A DNA stretch of 63,789 nucleotides, counting the filler, from Olpidium bornovanus S191 (Eukaryota > Fungi > Olpidiomycota), in NCBI GenBank assembly GCA_017911155.1. It is 29 parts of 29 records of this genome, joined end to end, with 100 filler letters (N's around TTAATTAATTAA, not from the genome) between each part and the next. Parts side by side here need not be neighbours in the genome. Positions count along the whole stretch, not along the records: positions 11,420 to 12,960 come from JAEFCI010006463.1; positions 13,061 to 14,600 come from JAEFCI010011752.1; positions 14,701 to 16,188 come from JAEFCI010012910.1; positions 16,289 to 17,598 come from JAEFCI010000695.1; positions 17,699 to 19,006 come from JAEFCI010006629.1; positions 19,107 to 21,204 come from JAEFCI010001932.1; positions 21,305 to 25,907 come from JAEFCI010002712.1; 22 more parts are not named here. One strand, given 5' to 3'. Shown piece by piece: positions 11,473 to 23,463 of this stretch. The notes beneath the pieces are model-generated. The model saw only the letters and a program-made list of their open reading frames with translations, was not told where the DNA came from and ran no database searches. The position numbers and the translations under genes were made by a program. Position 1 is the first letter of the stretch. Every line of letters starts with the position of its first letter.

Positions 11473-12449
11473 GGCCCTCCCCCCGCCCGCGCGAAACGGC
11501 AGGCCGTCCCGTCAGCGCGCAGGCCGAGGACACCACTTCGGGTCACTCGTGCTGAGCCCAGACGGGACAATGAAGAGCGCGCGTGCAAGTGCTCGCGCGC
11601 GCGTACAGATATAATCAATAAATGCTCGTTACAGAAGGCGTAAGTAATGACAACGGCATTACATATACGATTGAGTGGGGTGTTAGCGATTCAATCGCGT
11701 GCACGCGTGCGCGCGTGGAACCCCCCGCGGGCCAGGGGTTGAGATGGGAAATCTCGGGCCTGCGCCCCCAGTCAAAATCCTACCGGGCGGGCGGCCCCAT
11801 TCCCCTGCTGGGAAGAGAGCCAAATGCAGTGCGGTCACGGCGCAAACTCCCCGGCCTGCGTGCGCGGGTAGCTCGCGTGAATCTCTTACACGCGGCCAAC
11901 TCCCGGGCACTTCCCCAAGAAACACGCTAGAGAGAGCGGCGGTCAGAGCGGACTCGACGCCTGCCACTCGAGGGGCAAGCGGAAAAAAGGTGCGAGGCCT
12001 GTATGTCGCGTGCATTTGTTGCGGCTAACATTTCTTGACGGGTTTGCGCGCGCGGTTCTCAGCCGGTTGGGGTGGGACGGTTGTGTGTGTAGTGTTGTTG
12101 CCCGCTGGAGCACCCGAATGTCCTGCTCCCCTATGGAGCACCTGTTTAAGTTCTGCTCTGATAGCCGTAAATCTTCACGAACCGAATCATTTGGTTCTGA
12201 GAATGCCAAAACAACGTCATAGAAAAGCGACTCTGTCAGGGTGGGATAAGGAAGGAAGCCCGTTGATGCGATCACGGTTTTTTTTTCTTTTTGCTGGTCG
12301 AGGAAGGCGAGGAGGAAAAGCAATTGTCGCGTCATCCGCCGCTCGCAGGCTCCCGAGTTTCCGAGGTTATCCAAGCATGCATGGCATCCTCGCTTGCCAA
12401 ACCACCGCCGCAACTGGCCCGAACACGTATAACGGGACGTCGGCTGTCG

Positions 12450-12960
12450 TGACCATGGCCTACTCGTGGGACAACTATATCGGTGCCAGTAGTGTAGGTA
12501 GCACAACGCGCGAAGCGCATCCCTTTCAAGAAATTGTCCCGTGCGGGCTTCCTCCGTGTCGGATGCCGTTCGTTCGGACCCGCCGCTAAAATCACTCAGG
12601 CCGCCTTCGACTTCGCCATCATCAACATTTCCTGGATGTACTCTCGCTCTTTTATTGCCCTGGAAAGCATTCCGCGAGGACGACCGAAGGATGAAGGCAT
12701 GACAAGTTAGCGTAAGAATCAGGGGCGAAGGCAGGAAAGCCGACTGCCAGAAGCCGGTAGGAAGGCCGCGGGCTCTTTGAAAACGCAGCTTTTCCAGGCG
12801 AGGGTCTACTCACGTGATGCCAGCGGCGACAGCAAAACACATGACGCCTATCGCGATGTGGACGGCTTTTTGGTACAGGGTCTCCCACCCGACAGCGGCC
12901 TCAGACCACCGGGTAACGCACCAGGCGGCCGAAAACGCGGCGGCGACGAGCGCGTGGGGC
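12450..12960 (-). CDS. Unidentified membrane-protein exons
   Basis: Hydrophobic exon ...QKAVHIAIGVMCFAVAAGI ends at a GTGAGT donor and splices in frame at a TTTCCAG acceptor to AIKRARVHPG... Confidence 0.35.
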
Positions 12961-13109
12961 NNNNNNNNNNNNNNNNNNNNNNNNNNNNNNNNNNNNNNNN
13001 NNNNTTAATTAATTAANNNNNNNNNNNNNNNNNNNNNNNNNNNNNNNNNNNNNNNNNNNNCCCCCCCCCCCCCCCCCGCGTGGGAAACTCGTTAGGACAG
13101 CGATCCTAC

Positions 13110-13850
13110 CCCGGCACAAATGGTGTCGTTCTCGTTTATTATCGGCACAACTCCCAGCGCCAGCAACTCGTTCAACGTGTTCACGGCGTTAAAATATTGC
13201 GTTCGCTGCAGCAAAAACGCGCGCCCGTGCATTAGTATCGCCCGGTCTGGTGGGGTCTAACGACTTGGAAGCGCCGGAACTCACGTCCGCCAGGTCGTTT
13301 TTGGTTAACAAGACCTGGGCGATGGGGGTGTTGAATTGTTCGAAAAGGTCATCGTACAGAGACATGAGGCGGCCCTGGCCGACGGCTGCTAGTGCCTGAA
13401 ACAGACACAAGTGTCAAGTGCGGCTCTCTGTTAGCGACGCACGCAAAGGACTGGTTTTGCCCGCGGCCCACTCCAGCCGTTCTCGTTCTCCTCGACTACT
13501 TCGTCCTCGCACGAGCAGCCCACCCAAACGGAGCCCGTCAACTTCCGCACCTGCACCTGCGCAAGAGTTTTAGGTCTCGCCGGGATGTTAAGCCTCCGCA
13601 GGCCAGTAGCGATGGCGCCGCTTGAGACAAGGGCCACGCGGTGGCCCAGCTCTCTCAACTCTACGATGGCCTCTACGACCAGGCTCAGGTTCGACAGCAG
13701 TGGGCGGTGGGTGACCTCGTGACAGATGCTGGAGGAACCGAGCTTGAAGACCACGGTGAGCCTCTGCCGGCAGCCGGCCTCCTTACTGCGCGGGTGCTGC
13801 TGCTGCAGCATCTGGCTGTTGCCGTCGGTGGCGGCGGCGCTCGCCGACAT
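13110..13850 (-). CDS. PRO1: Glutamate 5-kinase, N-terminal 3 exons (3'-truncated)
   Basis: [48 protein letters not shown] and [20 protein letters not shown]. Confidence 0.93.
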
Positions 13851-14452
13851 CGAGGGAGGTGTAGCCCGAGGGGGCGACGATCTCGAGCGGGGCCCTCCGG
13901 ACGGCAGCTGGGCGGGCGTGCGGCGGCCGTTGCGCGGCCGCGCGGAGGAACAGCACCGCGGCGGTGGGCGTTCGGGGTGTCTGGGTTCTCTCGCGTACCG
14001 ACGGCCGCGGGCGGCGGCGGAGGAGCGCGGGCTGGGGAACCGTCGACCAACGTTTTTTTTTTTTTTTTTTTTTTTGGCGCGGTGGGACGGGGTGCAGTCG
14101 GGGTGGGGCGGCACGTGACCGCGGGGCGGACGGGTGGGGAACACAGAAATCGAAAAGAAAATTTCCCGCGCCTGCTCGGCTGACGCCTCTTTTTCATTTT
14201 TCATTTTTTTTTTTTGTTTGTTGTTGTTGTTGTTCGCTTTTCCGCCGCGCCTACGTAGTAAGACTGTGATTCTGATCCACTAATCCCATTTTGCTGAGGT
14301 GAGTCATCGGCAGCAAGGAGGAAATCAAAGCCTATCGCGTAGTAACGACAGATTTCGGGTTCTTGGCAGGAAAGGCTCCGCCGGAAAGTGAGAGCTGCGT
14401 GAGGGTTCGGTGTGGTCTGGACCTACGCGTTTTGATTCATCGCAATACTGTT

Positions 14453-14493
<41 letters not shown>

Positions 14494-16002
14494 GAGTTTT
14501 TGGAGGAGCGGGGGCCTTTCTCTTTCCCCCCCCCCGGAGATGTGCGGGTTTTTTGAGGCGGGGGGGGAGCGTTTTCACCATTTCCCCCCCCCAGGAGACG
14601 NNNNNNNNNNNNNNNNNNNNNNNNNNNNNNNNNNNNNNNNNNNNTTAATTAATTAANNNNNNNNNNNNNNNNNNNNNNNNNNNNNNNNNNNNNNNNNNNN
14701 CATGGCAGCCGCACGTCCTTCGCGCCTTGCACGGTCCCTGACAGCAGGCGACTTGTGCTGGGGCCGCCGGCTGACGTCGCGCTAGCGTTGGAAATTTGCC
14801 GGCTGACACCGCGCTACTGCGGGCAATCGCTGCCGGCACGCCCGCGGGCGTCCTCGAAACTCTTTTTGCGCCAGTAACCGTTCCCGCCAGAAGAAACTAC
14901 GAAGATGCCAATTGGATAGAGAAGAACGGCTCTTCGGCAATTCGACGTGTTGCGCCAAGGTTCGGCAGACGACGGGCACGGTGCGGCTGGGCGCAACAGA
15001 CCCTTCGCCGCCTGCGTGCCGCCGGCTGCCAGTCTGTGCAATCGCGTCGTCTCACGTGAGCTCCCGCCCGCTGGCCGGGAGGGCGTGACCACTTTCTCTG
15101 GGTGCAAGACGCGTTTGGGCGCGGCTTTTCGTCCTCTAAACCTCAGTGACAGAGGATCAGACCAGCAGCACCCGCGCATTGCCGCTTTTTATCTCTCCCG
15201 AATTCCGGAATCTCGCTTGCGTCCCACAAAACCGAAGCGCGCCACACCGCACCGCACCGCATCGCACACCGGCAGGGCTGTCCTCTCTCCCCATTTCGTC
15301 GGCTCGTCGGCACGGTGTTGCCGCGGCGACAGCAGTGACGTGCGCTCCCCCCCCCCTCCCCCGCCACCCCTCTGCCAGGCTTCCAGCAAATCTTCGCCTG
15401 AAATGGATTCTGATTAAAAATAATCCTCCGCAACATCATGCGAGCTCCAAACCAGCGGTAACATCCTTCCCGCCACGAGCAGCACGCGCCTTGGACTTTG
15501 GGGCGGGGAGGGCCTGGGGGAAGGGGGTGGGGGGGGGTGATGCAAAATAAGCTCCGCGCGGGCCGCCGACTGCGCGAGAGCAGCCCGAGATGCTGCAGTC
15601 GCGATGTGCCCCACGGCTCGAGCTGCCAGCCGTACCCTTCACTATCTTCTGGTGTTGGGCCGTTCATCGTCAGCCACTCTGCGAGTTCAGGGACGGTCCA
15701 CGTTCGCAGAAGATCCTGCAGTCGATAGCCGCGCAAGGCTGCCAAGGACTGAGCAAACCAGCGAGTTTGAAAGCCAGCTCTCCCGATGTCCGTTCTCTTC
15801 CGTGTGTCGAGAAGCTTACATTCCGTTTTGCGGCGGCCCGGGTCGCCCCCGCCGACCGCGTTCCCGGGGAGCCGCCCTTTCCCTCGCGTGTTCGTTGGCG
15901 AAACGGAGAAACCGAAGCAAGTCAGTGCAAGTGAGCCGCTGGCCGGCTGACGTTTGGCGTTCGCGAAATGGTTTCTGACAGCCGCCGCGCGTTTACTTTC
16001 AG

Positions 16003-16188
16003 GATGACGGGCGCGTACGCCGCCTTGTAAAAGTCGAGCGTCGACGCTGGTCAGAGGAGGAAAAAGAGCGGCTTGTTGAAATGGTCAACCAGAAGCTGGT
16101 AAACGTCAGGAAGGTTGGCTGGGAACAATTGGCTGATAATTTCCCCGGACGAAGCATTCAGGCTCTTCGGCGAAAGCTCTCAAACATG
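16003..16188 (+). CDS. Myb/SANT-like DNA-binding domain exon (truncated by contig end)
   Basis: After a TTTCAG acceptor: RRWSEEEKERLVEMV...GWEQLADNFPGRSIQALRRK, with the W-x-EE...W...FPGRS Myb pattern. Not in the ORF track. Confidence 0.75.
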
Positions 16189-16288
16189 NNNNNNNNNNNN
16201 NNNNNNNNNNNNNNNNNNNNNNNNNNNNNNNNTTAATTAATTAANNNNNNNNNNNNNNNNNNNNNNNNNNNNNNNNNNNNNNNNNNNN

Positions 16289-16425
16289 CTAAGGCCCCTG
16301 ACAGCATCCGGCAGCAATGACGCGGGCTAGTTTGACTTCTAAGCCCCCTGACAGCATCCGGCAGCAATGACGCGGGCTAGTTTGACTTCTAAGCCCCCTG
16401 ACAGCATGCAGCAATGACGCAGGCT
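16289..16425. repeat. 50-bp tandem repeat, about 2.7 copies
   Basis: CTAAG(G/C)CCCCTGACAGCATCCGGCAGCAATGACGCGGGCTAGTTTGACTT at 16289, 16339 and a partial copy at 16389. Confidence 0.9.
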
Positions 16426-17449
16426 GCCCGTCTACGCCTTACCTAAGTACCCATCTTCAACGCTTACCCAATGAGTTAGGGAAGTTCGTGATTATGTGTT
16501 CCTTCATGCTATCCAAAACCTTTCCACTTGTGGCCGTCAGATGGGCGAATGGAGGATGTCAAAACGGAAGTGTCTACGTTGCCAAAATAAGATCATCGCC
16601 CGGGCGGGATATTTTGCGACGCGACTGGGCCGACCGCCCAAAAGCTACCGCCAGATGTTTCTTCTGCGGGTGTGTGAACAAACAAACCCGACTGTTCGCG
16701 AAAAACGCGACGGGCGCACCACAGCACAATAAGGCGTTTTACTGCTGGGAATTCTTAACTTTTCGCTCGACTCAAAAATCCTTTTACTCGCCTCAAATCC
16801 TTTTGCTCGCCTCAAATCCAAATTCCCCGGCGGGTACCACAGCAGAAAAAAAAAAATGCCCGGACGCTTGGAGGCTGCTCGTCCGCGAAAAACCGGGCTG
16901 AGGAGTATTACAGAGACTTCAGTTAATATGAGCGTCGGGCCTCTAGGAATTGGGAAAATTTGTTTTTTTTTTCCCGTATTGCGGGGCACGCTTCCCTGCG
17001 TGTGCCCTTGTGTCACTGGAAAGACGTCCAGCCGGCGTTTGGGCTAACGGCCGGGTGGCGAAAATGTCAGCGGTCGAAAAGGCAAAATCGGCCGACGCTT
17101 TCGTCCGGGCCGCGCCTCGTCAACGAGGAAAAGGTCCGCACGCGTTACCTCGACGCTGACCCGAAACCGCCGAAAGCGCTGCCCGAGGCCTCGGCGCCTT
17201 TTGCCTGCGACCATTGCTGCTGCTGCTGCCCCTCCCGGGTTCCGAGCGGACTGAGAAATTGGTCGGCCGTCGTCTCCCCCGCCCCGACATTTTTCGAGGA
17301 CGTCTTCGTCTGGTTCTTCGCCGCCGCGGCGGAGGGCGGCGGAGGGAGCAGGACAGGCGTCGTTGATAACGCCACGGGGCCGCCAGCCGCGCCCGTCTTT
17401 TGCGCCGAATTCGGCCGCCGCTTGGTCACCTGGACTCGGGGGAGGGGCG

Positions 17450-17491
<42 letters not shown>

Positions 17492-17829
17492 AAGTGACGG
17501 GAATTTTGGGGGACGGGAAAAGGAGTCGGCGGCGGCGCACGGCCACGAGATTTGCATAAATCAAGTACGAAACGGTCCAAATTAAATTACCGGTTTTCNN
17601 NNNNNNNNNNNNNNNNNNNNNNNNNNNNNNNNNNNNNNNNNNTTAATTAATTAANNNNNNNNNNNNNNNNNNNNNNNNNNNNNNNNNNNNNNNNNNNNAC
17701 TCCGACACGTGATCCTTCTCGTTAACCAGCTTCTTTTGCAAGTCGGCGATCTCGCTCTCTATTCAGACGCATCCAGTTCCCAGATTTAAGCGCCTCGACG
17801 GTAGCGAGATACGAGCACCTCCACAGATG

Positions 17830-18930
17830 CTCGCTACATACCGTTTCTGGTGTTCAATTCGCGAGCCATGACCAGATCGCCCATGAGCTTTTCCTGCTGG
17901 GTTGCGAAATTTTTGATCTGGTTGATTTTGCCTGCCATCGCCTGCTGAGTGTCCGCGAGCCCGCCTCGGAGCTTGCTAATTTCTTTTGCATTCCTAACGG
18001 TCATCGTCACCATAGCACGAACGTCAGGTTCCTGAACCGGCAACGGTTTTTTTAGAAGAACGGTTTGCCCACATCTCTATCTCTTGCTGTAGCCGGGCAA
18101 TAGTGCCATTGGCCGCTTTAACATTCTCTCGTTCCTTTAAATATGTTCCGCGTCAGCATCAGTCCCCTGAACAATCGCACGTCCCCCGATCTTGGCCATA
18201 CCTCCTCAAGCAGATCCATCGCTTGCGCGGCTTTTCTTTCTAGCTCGTCTTCTAATTCTGCCATCTTTTTCTCGTTAAGATGGCAGATTTGGCCTATCTC
18301 AATTTCGTGGTCGAGCTTTACCCCTTCGAGCTTTCGATTCAGCCGCGCAATTTCAATCAAACGGTTCCTTATAAGTTCGCTACTTTTAATTTTGTGAATT
18401 CCTGCGATCGCATCCGCACGGAATACCCAAACGGAGTCGCGATAGACGAACCTGTCTCCGAAACCCTTCGCGCTCCAGCTCGAACGCTTCGTCTGCCGTC
18501 TGCTGGTCATTTATCATCGAAGCGATCGCTTTGGCCTGCTCTTCTTTCAACGTTTCGATCTAAACGAGAAAGCCCCAAGCAACCCATCCGCCTTTCAGAA
18601 CGGTGGGACGGCGCAACGGCGATTAACGTCAAATCGCCCGATCTTCCTCCTTTTCCGGCGGACCTCGGACTCGTACGCCATTTTTTGGGCCTCCCTCTCG
18701 TGCTTCATCTGGTTGATGTTCTGCTCGTGCTCGTCGCCCAGCCGCCTTAATTCCCCGGCGTACTCACGCGCCGCGTTCTCCGCGGCCTCGGCAAGGCTCT
18801 CAACCTGCCGCTGCAGGTTTTCCCGCGTCTCATTGCTAATTTTCAATTCCTCCTCAAGATCTGTCTGCCGTCCCTCAGCCGCCGCCTTGTACTCCGCATA
18901 CTCCTCCGCCGCGCCGCAGTATTTCTGGGC
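17830..18930 (-). CDS. Unidentified multi-exon coiled-coil protein (fragment)
   Basis: Three E/K/Q/A-rich heptad-like exons (…EEELKISNETRENLQRQVESL…, …LIEIARLNRKLEG…, …AMAGKINQIKNFATQQEKL…) bounded by GT/AG. Confidence 0.55.
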
Positions 18931-19218
18931 GTGAGGGGTAGGGGGGGGGGGGGGGGGGGGGGGGAAAGTTGGGGAGGGACTATGAAAAAAAAAAAATTAA
19001 ACGGGGNNNNNNNNNNNNNNNNNNNNNNNNNNNNNNNNNNNNNNNNNNNNTTAATTAATTAANNNNNNNNNNNNNNNNNNNNNNNNNNNNNNNNNNNNNN
19101 NNNNNNCATGTGCGTGGGCTTCACTTTGGTGTGCCCAGTGCGCGCGTTTCACTTCTCGGCACGATTTATTTTCACATCAATTTTCTTGCAAGAAAGTTGA
19201 CCTTTATCCACATCTCCC

Positions 19219-19263
<45 letters not shown>

Positions 19264-19545
19264 CCGCGGCAAGAGAATGGGGGGCCGGCGAAGGCCGAAG
19301 TTTGCCATTTTGGTCGTTTCTGCTGGAGAGGCGGGAAGGGGGAGAGGAAGAGGGGGGGAAAGCGCACGCCGAGGGGCGGGAGGGGAGAATCCGATTTGCG
19401 ATCTGTGAAGTATGCGGGGCCGGAAAGAATGGGGGGGGTGGGAAGGGGGTAAGGACTTGAAAAAAAAAATGGAGATCAAAATTGGGGATGCTGGATGTTG
19501 CGCTTGGGAGGTGGCGGCAGGGAGGGCGAGGGGTTATTGGGTTTT

Positions 19546-20908
19546 CTATCGTTGCGGATTTGAACATTTCCTCCTTTTCTCCGCGAGCGGGAGGAGGGAG
19601 CGCAGCGAGGACGCGGAGACGCCGACGTGTTTCTTGATGTAGGGCAGCACCGACTCCTGCTGCTGCTGCTGCTGCTTTCCGGACGTCACCTCGTTCGCCG
19701 CTGGCGGCTCCGGCGGCGTAGAAGTAGGAGAAGGAGGAGGAGGGGCGGCGGCCGGCTTGATGGGCGGCAGGGCCGAGCGGCTGTTGAGAGCGGAGCCGCA
19801 CCTGGACCGCAGGCCGCCGTCGAAGGGGGAGGACGGCGCTTCGGGCTTCGCCGCCGGCGGGAGGTTCTCGAGCGCGGCTCCGGCGGCTCCGGCAGCGGCG
19901 GCGGCCGCGGCGGGGAGGCCGGGGCCGGGGCGGCGGGTCCTCGGATTCGGCGCGAAAACGTCGTCGGCGGAGCGGTGCTTGCCGGGCGGCGGTGCGGGGC
20001 GCCGCACGCTTTCCGAACCCGCGATGCGGGACCCGACACCGCCGCCGCGCGCGGCGCCCTCGGCCTCGGCGAGCCTCCGCGTCAGCCACTCGATCTCGCG
20101 CTGCTTCTTCTCGCACTCGTCTTTCAGCCGCTCGACCAGCCTCTCGCGCTCGTCTTTCGCTGGCGGGAAGTGGAGTCCGAGGCGGGGCGGGGAGTAAGAG
20201 TGAGGGGGACCTCGGGCGGTAAACGTCAACTCGATCTTTTTTTTTCTTTTCTTTTGTCTCTCCAATGTCATGGCGAAGCCCGCCAGACCCCCCTCCCCCA
20301 CACCACCAGCCCGGAAACCCCGTTTTCCGGGTACAATTTTTTTGGTTTTTGTTTTTTTGGTTTGTTTTCCTCGTCTTCTCACCCTTCTCCTCTGGCATCA
20401 GTCCGGGTTCGGGATGCCGCCGCGGGGATGCCCGGGGGGGCGCGGCGGCGGCGGCGGACCTCGCAAAAACGAGCTGCTCGGCCAGGTCGGCGCACACGTT
20501 CTGGAGGCGGAAGACCTCCCCCTGGAGGCCCCTCAGGCTCTCCGAGTGCTTCGCCTGCAGCTGCTCTATCGTCTTCTCCAGGCCGTGCACCCGGGCGACC
20601 GTCCGCTTGTGGACGGACGCGGGCACGCCGCCGAGGCCGCCGCCGCCGCCCCCCCCGTCCGCCGGCGGCGGCGGCGGCCTCGGCGGCCGCGGGCCCTGGT
20701 CGGCGACGGCGGGATCGGACGGCGTCTCGGGGTCGGGCGGTGCCGGCGATCGGTCGGACGGCGACGGCGACGGCGTGCGGCCGCCGGAGGCCGCTTCCCC
20801 GCCGGCGCTGGCGCTGCTCCCGGCCCTGCTCGGGACGCCCGGGCGACCGGCCGGCGGCGAGAACACGTACTGCGGCGGGGGCGGCCGTGCGCCGACGACG
20901 ACCGCCAT
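19546..20908 (-). CDS. CCDC92/CCDC74-like coiled-coil protein, 2 exons
   Basis: RVHGLEKTIEQLQAKHSESLRGLQGEVFRLQNVCADLAEQL resembles the CCDC92/74 N-terminal coil; the rest is Pro/Ala-rich low complexity. Confidence 0.5.
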
Positions 20909-21107
20909 TTTCGCCGGTCGCCGGGGTGGATGCGGGGTGGGTGGTTGACGACGGGGACGGGGGGGGGGGGGGGGGTGGGGGGGGGGGAGGGGGGGGGGGG
21001 GGGGGGGGGGAGGGGTTGGGGAGGAAGGAAAGGGAAGAGAAAGGGGGGTTTTTTATATCTGAGACGGGTTGAGAAGGGAAGCGTGGGGAAGGGGCTGTTC
21101 AGTCGCG

Positions 21108-21204
<97 letters not shown>

Positions 21205-21313
21205 NNNNNNNNNNNNNNNNNNNNNNNNNNNNNNNNNNNNNNNNNNNNTTAATTAATTAANNNNNNNNNNNNNNNNNNNNNNNNNNNNNNNNNNNNNNNN
21301 NNNNGAGGGGAGG

Positions 21314-21380
<67 letters not shown>

Positions 21381-21460
21381 CGGGGAGTTGGGCCCGGGGG
21401 AGTCCAACGAATCCAAACGGAAAACAAGGAAGGAAGGACAAAAAACAAACAAACACGTAC

Positions 21461-23297
21461 CCCGACCTCCGCGCCGAAACCGTACCGGAACCCGTCGGCG
21501 AACCGGCTGCTCGCGTTCCAGTATACGCCGGCGGCGTCGACGCGGCGGGCGTACTCCTCGTAGCGGTCCCGGGAGGCCGTGAGGATGACCTCGGTGTGCC
21601 GGCTGCCGTGCGTCGACACGTGGGCGACCGCCTCGTCCAGCGCCCCCACCGCCTTGACGGCGATGGTCAGGTCCAGGAACTCGGTGTCGTAGTCCGCGGG
21701 CGAAGACGGGACGACCTTGTCGTCGCGGCCGCCGCCCAGCGCGGCCAGGGACTCAGCGTCGCACCGGAGGGTCACGCCGCCTGCGCGCAACTGCTCCGCT
21801 ATCCGCGGCAGGTGAGAACCCAGCACGGACCGGTGGACCAGCAGCGTTTCGGCGGAGTTGCAGGCGGCGGGATAGCTCGTCTTTTTTTTTTTTTTTTCCC
21901 AAAATTGGAAGGACGTTTGGATTGGGTCAGGTTAGGCGGGCGGCGGGACCCCGACCTGCGTCGGCGTAACAGGCGAGAGCCCGCGAAAGGTCGACGCCGT
22001 GCAAACTTTTTTCCACGACACCTTAGAGTCAAAAATAACCCGGGCGGCGAGCTCGACGTCGGCGTCCTCGTCCACGTACACGCTGCAGAGGCCGTCGGCG
22101 TGCCCCAAAACGGGTATGGTCGTGTTCCGCTTGATGTGCCTGACGAGGTCTGCTGACCCGCGCGGCACGACCAGGTCGATTTCCTGGTCCATGTGCAGGA
22201 GTTCGGAAACCTGGTCCCGGGTCTCGGCCGACAATATGGCGTCAGGCCGCAGCGCCTTGCGGTTCGCCTTGTAAAGTGCTTCCCGGAGGGCCGCGTGCAG
22301 CGCCGCGTTTGTGTGCGCCGCCTCTTTGCCCCCTTTGAGGATCGCGGCGTTCCCTGCCGGGTTTCGTTTCCGTTTCAGCGTTCCCCCGCGGGCGGCCAAG
22401 GGGGAAGAGGGGGAGAAACCGGGCGCGCGCAAGAGGCCACTTCGGTCGGCGCCGCGTTCGCTCACCGGACTTGATCGCCAAAGCCGCGATGTTGATGACG
22501 ACCTCCGGCCTCGCCTCGAAAATTACAAGAAGGACGCCGACCGGGCAGGTAACGCGGTACAGATCTAGTCCTTCGTCGAGCTTTGTGGCCAGCGTAATCT
22601 TCCCTGGCCGGCGACAGGCGCAACGGGAACACTGTGTTTACCGCAACTGCGCACCTTGGCAAAATGCTCGAGCGGACCGTACTCCTGCGTTGGAATTGTT
22701 TTTATCGTCGAGCGCTCGCTCACCTGTCGGGTCCTCGAGCTTTTCCACGTCCCGCACGCCGGCGACCATCGCGTCGTACTTGGTCCCGCTAAGATCCAGT
22801 CTCTTAGCGAGCGACGCCGACAGTTTTCCGGCAGAAACGGCCGCCTCGGCCGCCTACGCCCACCGAAAAGCAGTACGGAGGAATCACGGAAAGATTTAAA
22901 ACTCTTGCTTAGACGCCCCGGTAGCCCGCTGACTAGGTTGCGACGAAGGGCCCGTCGCTTTCCCCCCACTTTGCCGTGCCCTCCGCCCAGTTGGGGAAAT
23001 GGGAGGGGGAGGGGGGGAAAGGGGGGGGAGAAGGACGCATCTCTCTCTCTCTCCCTCTCCCTCTCTCTCGCTTTTTCTCATCTCTCTTCCGCCCTTTCTT
23101 CTCACCTCCGTGTCCCTCCGGTTGGCCTCCAGAACCCTGTCTCTCCACCCCAGCAGGGTGTCGGCAAGGGAGCGTAAAGCAGCACTCTTGTCCTCGGCGG
23201 TCGCGTCCGCCAGGAGCGCGCTGGCGGCACGCGCGCGCGCGGCTATCTCTTTTGCGGTGGGCTGCGGCCGCGGCGGCGACGGCATCGGCGACGTCAT
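21461..23297 (-). CDS. PRO2: Gamma-glutamyl phosphate reductase (3' end truncated)
   Basis: [22 protein letters not shown]|[50 protein letters not shown] and [19 protein letters not shown]. Confidence 0.95.
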
Positions 23298-23332
23298 GTT
23301 GGAGCGGGAGCGGCGTGCAAAAGCCAAAAAAG

Positions 23333-23375
<43 letters not shown>

Positions 23376-23463
23376 AAAATTCCCGCTCGCTCGCAATCCC
23401 CCCCCCCCCCCACACCCCGCCTGCGACCCTGGAGCCGCCGCCTTCGCCGCCCCAGGTGGAACC

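Noticed and set aside
15143-15745. SAM-domain-like WTVPELAEWL
   Set aside because: The rest of the fold is missing, and the frame is antisense to the Myb-containing gene.
16289-16425. CRISPR-like array
   Set aside because: Head-to-tail 50-bp tandem copies with no unique spacers, no cas genes, eukaryotic context. The same applies to 38975-39400.
13110-23297. PRO1 and PRO2 close together, like a proline cluster or proBA operon
   Set aside because: They are on different contigs separated by artificial spacers, and both lack their 3' ends, so no linkage can be inferred.
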